DNA of 60,226 nt, from the IMG/VR virus record IMGVR_UViG_3300045988_163836. One strand, given 5' to 3'. The DNA comes from a virus. Positions 52,917-60,226 of the stretch are shown here, in pieces (positions within the stretch are counted from its first letter, which is position 1; each line of letters starts with the position of its first letter). The position numbers and the translations under genes were made by a program. Under the pieces are notes generated by a model that worked only from the letters and a program-made list of their open reading frames with translations, was not told the DNA's origin and did no database searches.

Positions 52917-53663
52917 ATGGATTATTTTTTATATGGATTGATCGATGGTTCTTACCAGCATGGAATAAATAATAACACAAGTGATATAGATATTATTGAA
53001 ATCTATTCTTCTTTTATAAATATGGAAAAAGAATTAAAAAAAATTTCAAATTTTGATTTAAATTTAATTCCATAGGAATAGTCTAATAATTTTATGAAAA
53101 AATTTAATATTATAAATTGGAATCCTTCAAGGCGGATTTATACAGGAGAACATTTTATTTATAATTTATTTTATAATAATAACTATAGTTATTATAGATG
53201 GTTATTCCCTTATCATTATTTAAGTGATAATGAATTTACTTTAGAAATAAAAAAAATTAATGAAGATATAGTTAAAGAAAATTTACCAGTCATTTATTCT
53301 CAATTAATTAATGAAAGTAATAGATTATTTTAGACTGGATTACGAGAAAATTATTATAAATTAAAAAATTATTATAAATTAATTTATAAATCTTTTATTG
53401 ATCTAATAATAATAATTGAATATTATAAAACAAAAAGTTATAAACAAAGTTTATAGCTAGGAATGTATAAACCATATATTTTAGATATAAAAAATAATTT
53501 TAATAATTACAGTAATTTTGATTTTATAGTAAAAAGAAATGAACTTTTAAATAAAATTTCAGAAATAAAAAATTTTTATTTAAATGCTCCTACTAACACA
53601 AAATATCAAAATTAGTTAATTCAAAAAATGGAGAATACAAATTATTCAAAATTTTATATTTGA
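52917..53663 (+). CDS. nucleotidyltransferase-fold protein
   Basis: GLIDGSYQHGINNNTSDIDII matches the GS-x(n)-DxD motif. About 6 in-frame TAGs. Confidence 0.5.
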
Positions 53664-53694
53664 TAAAAAGTAAAAAATATTATATAATTTAAAT

Positions 53695-54570
53695 ATGAAA
53701 AAAATAAATTTAAATTGTCCGGGATTTTATACTGGATTTAATATATATAAAACTCTTTTAGAATTACAATAGACAGCTCCAGAATGTTTCAATTTTAATG
53801 TAGCTATAGAGAGTATATTCGATACATTCCCAAATATGATTTGGAATGGAGGAACTGTCAATCAAGGCTATCAACCTTCATTAGAAAAAATAAAAGAAAT
53901 TATTGATTTTTATTATGGAAATAATATAGAAATTGCTTTAACCTTAACAAATCCATTATTAACAAAAGAAGACTTGTATGATAGATATTGTAATAAAATC
54001 GTTTCCTTATGTGAAAATGAAAATAATTCAATTTTAGTTTCTTCCTCTATTTTAGAAGAATATATAAGAAATAAATATCCTAAATTTAAAATTAAAAGAA
54101 GTATAATAGCTTCAAATAAAAATACAGATTATTTGTCTCTTTTAAATAAATATGATAAAATTGTTTTACCTCGAAGACAAATAAAAGATTTTAAGTTTTT
54201 AGAATCAATTCCAATAGAAGTAAGAAATAGATTTGAACTTTTATGCAATGACCCTTGCCCGATTATTTGTCCATATTTATATAAACATTATAATGGATTT
54301 GCTAAAATAACTTTATATGAAGAAGTAACTTCAAAAGATATTTTAAAATGTAAAACATTAAAAAGTGATGATCCTTTAAAGAATTTTCATTATAAGAATG
54401 ATCAAATTACTTATAATGAAATATGTGAAAAATATTTACCATTATTTTATAACAGCTTTAAATTAAGCGGTCGAAATGATGTATTCACTATAATTTTTTC
54501 AATAGTTCCTTTTTTCTTTAAGCAAGAATATCAATTAGAATTAGCACATTATTTATGTTGTATAATTTGA
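53695..54570 (+). CDS. Cys-motif paralog C
   Basis: MIWNGGTVNQGY, then ...ELLCNDPCPIICPYLY. One TAG at 53767 joins the ATG 53695 start to the 53836 ORF. Confidence 0.5.
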
Positions 54571-54635
54571 AAATTTAAAAAAAATTTTATATAATATATA
54601 TAGAAATTGAGGGAAAAATAAATTCTCTCTTAAAT

Positions 54636-54708
54636 GCCGGCATAGCACAGTTGGTAGTGCAATTGATTTGTAATCAATAGGTCGGGGGTTCGAATCCGTC
54701 TGCCGGCT
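54636..54708 (+). tRNA. tRNA-Thr (UGU)
   Basis: Acceptor GCCGGCA/TGCCGGC. D-arm GCAC-AGTTGGTA-GTGC. Anticodon arm ATTGA-TTTGTAA-TCAAT. T-arm GGGGG-TTCGAAT-CCGTC with one mismatch. No CCA. Confidence 0.6.
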
Positions 54709-54787
54709 CGCTATCATGTGAAAGCCTTCTCGTGGCGATAGTGTTTTAACTAATTTCACAATTATTTATTAAAGGAGTCATTTAGAT

Positions 54788-55423
54788 ATGGCATACATTT
54801 ATTAGATAATAAATAATATTAATGGAAAAATTTATGTTGGTAAAACAGTAAAAAATAATATTTAGGAACGTTGGAAAGAACATCTTAAAGATTATAAAAA
54901 ACCTAGATGTGAAAAACGTCCTTTATATGACGCAATGAATAAATATGGTTCAGAAAATTTTTCTATTAAAGAGTTAGAGGAATGTCCATTAGAAGAACTT
55001 AATGATAAAGAAGTTTATTGGATTGAAAAATTAGGTTCTTTTAAATATGGATATAACGCTACAATTGGCGGAGATGGCAAACAATATATTGACTATGATT
55101 TAGTATGCGAAACATATAAGAATTTACAATGTATTGTAGATACTGCTAAACAATTAAATATTAGTGAAGATTCAGTTTCTAAAATTTTAAAATTATATAA
55201 AATTGATATTATTCCTAATGCTAAAATAGTTCAAAATAAGTATGGGAAAATAATTAATATGTATGATTTAAATGATAATTATTTAAGGACTTTTCCATCA
55301 ACAACTGAAGCAGCTAAATTTATGGTAGAAAATAAATTAACTAATTGTAAAATGACTACTATAAAACAACATATTTCTGAAGTATGCAAATGTAAACGAA
55401 ATACAGCTGCTAAGTTTAAATGA
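54788..55423 (+). CDS. GIY-YIG homing endonuclease (intact copy)
   Basis: MAYIYQIINNINGKIYVGKTVKNNIQERWKEH...YGYNATIGGDG. There are 3 in-frame TAGs. It is 75-80% identical to the frameshifted copy at 29290. Confidence 0.7.
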
Positions 55424-55451
55424 AAATATGCTTAATTATTATACCATTAGC

Positions 55452-55548
55452 CAAGATTGGATAGTTAATAAAACCGTTTCTAGTTAATAGATTCTAGATG
55501 GCCGGGACTCAAAACTGCTGGCAATTCTAATCTTGGCTATTTTCTTTT
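55452..55548 (+). terminator. terminator-like long hairpin
   Basis: TAGCCAAGATTGG...AATCTTGGCTA followed by TTTTCTTTTATTT. Confidence 0.45.
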
Positions 55549-55629
55549 ATTTGAAAAAATTAAAAAAATAGTATATAATATATATACAAAATAAAGAAAA
55601 AAATAAATGAGAAAAAGGTGTTAAAAGTT

Positions 55630-55983
55630 ATGGAATATTCTCTGGATAAGTACAAGTATTTTATTCCCACTAAGGCAGATGGTACGCCGTATAAGGTTGT
55701 TGCAGTTTCTACTTATGCTGGTAGGACTGTGCGTGGTGTAGCCAAGTGTGATCCGAAGGATACATTTGATACTGAAAAGGGTAAGCAGCTTGCCGCAGCA
55801 CGTTGCCAGGCGAAGGTCAGTTCTCAGCGTCTGAAGCGTGCTACTAAGAAGCTTGATGAAGCTGCTAAGGCACTTGAGAAGGCACAGAAGTATTATGATG
55901 ATATGACTGTGTATTTCAATGATAGTGCAAGAGATAAGGAAATGTATGATAGCGTAGTTGAAAGACTCGCTAAGGAAATGTAA
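55630..55983 (+). CDS. hypothetical protein on a GC-rich island
   Basis: The ORF is about 45% GC. The start could be ATG 55630 or GTG 55618. A terminator hairpin follows (AAGGGTAATTAATTACCCTT). Confidence 0.5.
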   Translation: MEYSLDKYKYFIPTKADGTPYKVVAVSTYAGRTVRGVAKCDPKDTFDTEKGKQLAAARCQAKVSSQRLKRATKKLDEAAKALEKAQKYYDDMTVYFNDSARDKEMYDSVVERLAKEM

Positions 55984-56048
55984 TAAATAAGGGTAATTAA
56001 TTACCCTTTATATCCGGGTGTAGTTCAGTTTGGTAGAACGCTTGATTT

Positions 56049-56527
56049 GGGAAAAGAGATTTTTGTCTAAAAAATATGTTAGATATTACTCAACAGAAAG
56101 GAACTGTAACAGAGTTAAGATGTATTCTTGATTTAACTAATCTTGGATATAGATGTTTAAAATCTGTTGATGAAAGTTCTAAATATGATGTAGTAGCTGA
56201 TATGGGGATGGGTAAATTTATCCGTATTCAATGTAAAACATCTTCTTGGGTTACTGATACAAAAGAACCTAATGTAGCTTTTGCAATTGCTACAAGTTGT
56301 ATTACCACTAATACAAAATCTACTACTCGTCATAAGTATTCAAAAGATGATATTGATTATTTTTATACTTGGTTTGAAGGCCAAGGATATTTAGTTTCCA
56401 TTGAAGAAGCTACTGGTGCAACTTTTAGATGGCGGTATGAATATCCTTCATCTGGTCAAAAACAGGGTATTCATATCGCTAATGATTACAAAATTGAGGA
56501 GGTCTTAAAGACAATCTAAGATTTTCC
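56049..56527 (+). other. intervening sequence in a tRNA anticodon loop (not group I), carrying a PD-(D/E)XK ORF
   Basis: Almost all of it is ORF 56076..56519. Confidence 0.5.
56076..56519 (+). CDS. PD-(D/E)XK-fold nuclease-like protein encoded in a tRNA insertion (paralog 2 of 3)
   Basis: ...SSKYDVVADMGMGKFIRIQCKTS... and ...IDYFYTWFEGQGYLVSIEEATGATFRWRYEYPSSGQKQGIHIANDYKIEEVLKTI align with 26810..27247. Confidence 0.6.
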   Translation: MLDITQQKGTVTELRCILDLTNLGYRCLKSVDESSKYDVVADMGMGKFIRIQCKTSSWVTDTKEPNVAFAIATSCITTNTKSTTRHKYSKDDIDYFYTWFEGQGYLVSIEEATGATFRWRYEYPSSGQKQGIHIANDYKIEEVLKTI

Positions 56528-56918
56528 TGGATCAAGAGGCCGTGAGTTCAAGTCTCGCCACTCGGACCATCAGGGTTCTGTTAAAGATACATAATTGAAA
56601 AGGATTGATCTCCCTAAGTAGATTTGTATTGGAATGAAAAAATGAGGTCTAGATGACACAGATAACCTCCCCTGAACCATCCCTTTTGTTAGTAGGTTGT
56701 CGGGGTTAAATAACTAACAGTAAAGACACACGCAGCAAATATTAGATAAAATCTATGTGTTATTGGTTCAAGTCCAATATTATCTCTGTTAAGATAATTC
56801 ATCCAAAGGGTAGGATAATAGTTAATTTATTTAATGTGTCTTGTAAATTTGAATTTTAAAAAAAAATATTATATAATATATAAGTAATCAATAAGAAATT
56901 ATTAATTACTTATAATTT

Positions 56919-56993
56919 ACTGGTGTCGCCAAGCGGTAAGGCACAGGACTTTGACTCCTGTATTCGTTGGTTCAAATCCAGCCACCAGTGCCA
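56919..56993 (+). tRNA. tRNA-Gln (UUG)
   Basis: Acceptor ACTGGTG/CACCAGT. D-arm GCC-AAGCGGTAAG-GC. Anticodon arm CAGGA-CTTTGAC-TCCTG. T-arm GTTGG-TTCAAAT-CCAGC. G73 and CCA. Confidence 0.75.
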
Positions 56994-57033
56994 ATATAGG
57001 TCAGTACAGTGTAATTGGTATCACCCCTGACTG

Positions 57034-57474
57034 GTTTGAAGGAGGTTCATTTTGTAGTCAAAAAGTAACAAAGATAAAGGACGTTTTGGATTAGCTATGG
57101 CTATTGCCTATTTCACTGACAAAGGCTATACAGTCTCAACTCCTTTAAATGATACTCAGTGGTATGATTTAATTATAGAACGAAATGGTAAATTTTAGAC
57201 AGTTCAATGTAAATGTACTGGAAGTTAGGATAATGTTATAATGTTAAGATCTTGCGGTGGTACTAAAGGAACTGTTTATGATAATGTTTTAAATCATTCT
57301 GAGCTTGATTTATTATTTTGTATAGATGTTCAAGGTAATATGTATGTAATTCCATTAAAAGAAATTTTAAAATCAGGAAATACAAAATAGATTACTTTAC
57401 GAACAGCTCCAACAAGCAATAATCAAGGCTTTTAGACTTATAAATTTCGAGTTCGATTCTCGTTTCAAACACCA
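57034..57474 (+). other. intervening sequence in a tRNA anticodon loop (not group I), carrying a PD-(D/E)XK ORF
   Basis: It carries the RBS GAAGGAGG and a TTG start at 57052. Confidence 0.5.
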
Positions 57475-57477
57475 TAA
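57052..57477 (+). CDS. PD-(D/E)XK-fold nuclease-like protein encoded in a tRNA insertion (paralog 3 of 3)
   Basis: TTG start. There are 5 in-frame TAGs. ...NDTQWYDLIIERNGKFQTVQCKCTGS... has the motif D...E.K. ...LDLLFCIDVQGNMYVIPLKE... aligns with the other two paralogs. Confidence 0.55.
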
Positions 57478-57584
57478 ATCAGGTGCTTAATGCGGTTGTT
57501 GGTTCAAGTCCAACCTGGCCTACCATTTAAAATAAAATTTGAAAATTTAAAAAAAATATTATATAATATATATATAATAAATGA

Positions 57585-58920
57585 ACTTTAAAAATTAAAT
57601 AATAATTTAATTACGGTTATAGTACAACTCAGTGCAGACTTAACACCATAAGGCTGAGAAATCGATCCACTCTGGCGGAGATTGTAGAATGGAATATTCA
57701 AAGGATACTTTGAAATTATTTCTAAATCTTTTGTAGTGATACATTAGATTCACGCATCGAAGGATGCGGCTACGGGGAGATTGTGCTGGGATAATCGCAT
57801 TTAAGGTCCTGTTCTTCTCGCTTCCATAATAGACAGCATTGTTAACAGCAATGCCGAATCCTTGTTAGGGTAAGGCTGGTAACCTTGCCAAACCAAGGAA
57901 ATACCAATAAGGAAGTTGGCAATTGATGTGGCGTAATCTACTATAAGAGAAGGTCAAGGGTCAAGTAGCCGAAATTTGCCAAGACAGTATGATATTAATT
58001 TAGTAAAAATTATTGGTAATACTATTCTGAATGGTCGGTGAAAGATAGAGGTAGTCAGTCCTCTGTGAGATTTGGCTTAGGCCGGGGCAAGAAGTTATGA
58101 AGTCGCTATTCATAGCTCAGACTTGTTTCCTTACTTACCTAATAAAATGAAGATTATTAACCAGTAGGGCGAAGGTCCGTAGTATAATTGTAATTAAGTT
58201 ATTATTTAATAACTTACGATTTCCTTTCCTGTTAAAAATAAATCATTAAATGATTTATTTGAAATGAATTATGTAGATGCTAATATAGGCGGTGGCTTGC
58301 ACATTAACCTCATTGGGTAGCCAATCCCACATCGTTAGAGGCCTCTGCGGAACCTGCTCCTATGGCTGTAGGGTTCTTACATAATCTAATCAAATAAGGT
58401 TGACTCGCCTGTTGTCCGGTGAAATGATATATCTGGAAACCGTACTGATACGTATCAGATATTTGATTAGCGTCCTAATCTTGGTTAATTAGGTAGTGGA
58501 ACAATACGCTAAACCAGCCAGCTCTCCACTATAAATAAGCTGAATAGGGATGTTTGTGGCTCACATACCAAAAAGCCATTACCAAGTGCGGAAATAAGAT
58601 CCTTGGTAGTCTCTCATATAAAGGCGTGGAAAATGAGACGTAATGGACTACGAAAAAGACATATAATAGGTAGAGTTATTATTTATTGTGTTAGATTATA
58701 GAATGAAAATCCTATTATTAAAAACTGTATATTCTACTTCCTATTGGTAGGTATTATAAGTTTAATGGTAGGTCAAAAATTTAATATATTCCAATAGCTA
58801 ATGAATGAGGTAGGCTGAAGTACTTAGTGGCGTGGGCAGGCATAGAGGCGACCTATAAATGGTTAGTGGCTATGGTGTAGTTTATTCCTATTGGATATAT
58901 TAATTTTTGTAAATATATTC
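57585..58920 (+). ncRNA. candidate large structured non-coding RNA (ORF-free, GC-richer than surroundings, with its own promoter)
   Basis: About 1.3 kb with no ORF in any frame, even when TAG is read as sense. About 40% GC against about 30% locally. It holds many long-range complementary segments, for example GGCTGGTAACCTTGCC and GTACTGATACGTATCAGATAT. A promoter consensus lies at 57538-57577. It is flanked by tRNAs. Confidence 0.35.
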
Positions 58921-59087
58921 TACTGAATAATTTGATTTTAAAAAAATTATTTAGTATAATATATTTACAAGATAAAGAGAAGTTAGGATAATTTCTCTAA
59001 GACAGTTTCAGTAAATTTTTATTAAAGATAATCATATGTTTTTTGGTTCATAAGAAGATACTTTATTAAACTGTCTTGTATATATAT

Positions 59088-59162
59088 TCCGGCTTTGGGT
59101 AACGGTTAGCTCAGCTGACTCTAAATCAGCAAGTCTCAGTTCGACTCTGAGAGCCGGTGCCA
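59088..59162 (+). tRNA. amber suppressor tRNA (anticodon CUA), Gln-type
   Basis: Acceptor TCCGGCT/AGCCGGT with a 1:72 mismatch. D-arm GGGT-AACGGTTA-GCTC. Anticodon arm GCTGA-CTCTAAA-TCAGC, so anticodon CUA. T-arm CTCAG-TTCGACT-CTGAG. Discriminator G73 and a weak 1:72 pair are GlnRS identity features. CCA is encoded. Confidence 0.7.
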
Positions 59163-59295
59163 GGCGTAAGGCTCACGCAGCAAATTTACTTTTGAAAGTT
59201 CACCTAAAATGAATTGCTATTTTTCAAAATTGAGTCTTGATTTAATTAATATAGTTTATTTGCCGGTGTGGTGGAATGGTAGACACAAGGGACTT

Positions 59296-60033
59296 TTGAC
59301 TTAGCAAACGTTAAAATGGAGTGCCTAAGAGGAAACTCTTAGAGCAGAAGTTGGCTAAAACGGTGAATGGCTAAGAGAACGCCGTGCTAAGTTTTGGAAC
59401 ACATTCTAAAAAATTGGACGACACTCATTAAAATACCTTTTTTAATTTTTAAGTAATAATGAAAGAGAGGTAATATAAATGAGAACTGATATTTTAGAAC
59501 GCAAAGAAGAAATTGAGCAATGGATTACTGAAGGTAAAACTAAAGCTCAAATGGCAAGAGAATTGGGTTGTAATCCTAAAACAATTAATCCAGTATTAAA
59601 AAAGCTTGGTCTTGAATATGCTGGAAATCAAGGTTGTAAAGGATTGTCAAAACCCAATGGACATGAATTATCTTTGTTAGAATACTTAGAAAAAAGTATT
59701 GATATACAGAGTAATAAAGTAAGAAAAAAACTTCTTGATGAAGGTTATAAAGAGTACAAATGTGAATGTTGTGGATTAACCGAATGGTTAGGAGAACCAA
59801 TTCCTTTAGAACTTCATCATAAAGATGGAAATCATTTTAATAATGAATTAGATAATTTCCAATTATTATGCCCAAATTGTCATGCAAAAACATCTTCTTA
59901 TCGTGGAAAAAATTGTTCCAAATAAATGTGTAGAGAGTATATACCAACTATCTAAGTGCAAGTCGTGCATATGATAAAGACGTATTCCAGACTACAACAC
60001 AAAAATGTGGCTATGGTGACATAGAGTAGTAAG
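59296..60033 (+). mobile_element. group I intron (738 nt) with an HNH homing-endonuclease ORF
   Basis: The 5' exon ends in U. The intron ends in G (omega G at 60033). A P7-like CAGACTA element lies near its 3' end. It contains ORF 59479..59925. Confidence 0.6.
59479..59925 (+). CDS. HNH homing endonuclease (intron-encoded)
   Basis: LELHHKDGNHFNNELDNFQLLCPNCH is the HNH motif. The N-terminal HTH-like region reads TEGKTKAQMARELGCNPKTI. Confidence 0.7.
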   Translation: MRTDILERKEEIEQWITEGKTKAQMARELGCNPKTINPVLKKLGLEYAGNQGCKGLSKPNGHELSLLEYLEKSIDIQSNKVRKKLLDEGYKEYKCECCGLTEWLGEPIPLELHHKDGNHFNNELDNFQLLCPNCHAKTSSYRGKNCSK

Positions 60034-60226
60034 AAAATCCCTCGGTGGCAACACCATGCGGGTTCGAGTCCCGCCACCGGCACCATTAAACAATAGTAGC
60101 TAACGGCAGTTGAACAGACGGGTCGGGGCTAACATAGAAAGGTTAGCAGGTAGTACGGCGGTAGGTAACAAATCCGCAAGTCGAAATGAGTCGGGAAATC
60201 CGAATGATACGGCTTAGATGTTTTCC

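Larger units (their letters stand above)
56014..56569 (+). tRNA. tRNA split by a 480-nt ORF-containing insertion in the anticodon loop (Pro-UGG or Gln-UUG after excision)
   Basis: Acceptor CCGGGTG/CACTCGG with C1-G72 and A73. D-arm GTTC-AGTTTGGTA-GAAC. Anticodon stem CTTGA (56041-45) pairs with TCAAG (56532-36). Loop 5' TTT(GGGA)... and ...TGGA 3'. The insertion ends GGGAAA/TTTTCC pair next to the stem. T-arm GTGAG-TTCAAGT-CTCGC. CCA is encoded. Confidence 0.55.
56998..57525 (+). tRNA. tRNA-Tyr (GUA) split by a 440-nt ORF-containing insertion after anticodon position 34
   Basis: Acceptor AGGTCAG/CTGGCCT with one G.U pair and A73. Anticodon stem CCTGA (57026-30) pairs with TCAGG (57479-83). 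The loop is CTG | insertion | TAAA, so CTGTAAA. The insertion ends GTTTG/CAAAC pair. Long variable arm (class II, as in bacterial Tyr). T-arm GTTGG-TTCAAGT-CCAAC. CCA is encoded. Confidence 0.55.
59262..60085 (+). tRNA. tRNA-Leu (UAA) interrupted by a group I intron
   Basis: Exon 1 (59262-59295) reads GCCGGTG-TG-GTGGAATGGTAGACAC-A-AGGGA-CTT. Exon 2 (60034-60085) reads AAAA-TCCCT, then the long variable arm GGTGGCAACACCA, then GCGGG-TTCGAGT-CCCGC-CACCGGC-A-CCA. The splice falls between U34 and A35 of the UAA anticodon, as in the ancient cyanobacterial and plastid tRNA-Leu intron. Confidence 0.7.

Noticed and set aside
1-60226. TGA or TAA as general sense codons (codes 4, 6 or similar)
   Set aside because: TGA and TAA terminate the large majority of genes exactly where homologs end or where the next RBS and start begin, for example at 752, 1174, 2378, 22334 and 26139. 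Only one in-frame TAA was seen (8119). It is reported separately as a possible lesion or read-through.

Overview
This window reads as an AT-rich (about 30% GC) segment of a large virulent-phage-like genome with almost every gene on the + strand. The stop codon TAG is used as a sense codon. In the S-adenosylmethionine synthetase gene an in-frame TAG aligns with a conserved Gln, and dozens of otherwise uninterrupted genes carry in-frame TAGs. These include homing endonucleases, tail fibers and radical-SAM enzymes. TAA and TGA terminate genes. A Gln-type amber-suppressor tRNA (anticodon CUA, discriminator G) lies at 59088..59162. This fits genetic code 15.

The window contains:
- an early or auxiliary block with the metK-like gene, an HslV-like protease, nucleotidyltransferases and a phosphoesterase;
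- a family of three large paralogous proteins;
- a dense tRNA island at 23.7-31.1 kb and 54.6-60.1 kb, mixed with HNH and GIY-YIG homing-endonuclease genes;
- a tail-fiber module at 31.4-44.9 kb that reuses an N-terminal 'K(I/V)GDGxTxW' domain;
- two radical-SAM accessory loci.

The most unusual observations are:
1. Four tRNA genes are split in the anticodon loop by insertions that are not group I introns. Three of the insertions encode paralogous PD-(D/E)XK proteins of about 145 aa, and the insertion ends pair into a helix stacked on the anticodon stem. A separate tRNA-Leu(UAA) carries a classical group I intron with an HNH ORF.
2. A radical-SAM/SPASM gene overlaps a 216-aa protein whose C-terminal half is a run of CxxxC repeats.
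3. A 9.6-kb cluster holds a radical-SAM/glycosyltransferase fusion, two more radical-SAM enzymes, a GT8 glycosyltransferase, a nucleotidyltransferase, three paralogous Cys-motif proteins and a Ser/Gly/Tyr/His/Trp-rich small protein that could be a precursor.
4. Several ORF-free, GC-richer tracts with their own promoters sit beside the tRNAs.
5. The metK-like gene and one GIY-YIG gene each carry a single-nucleotide frameshift. One HNH-like gene carries an in-frame TAA.

All translations and tRNA folds were done by eye. Coordinates of starts, splice points and anticodons are approximate.
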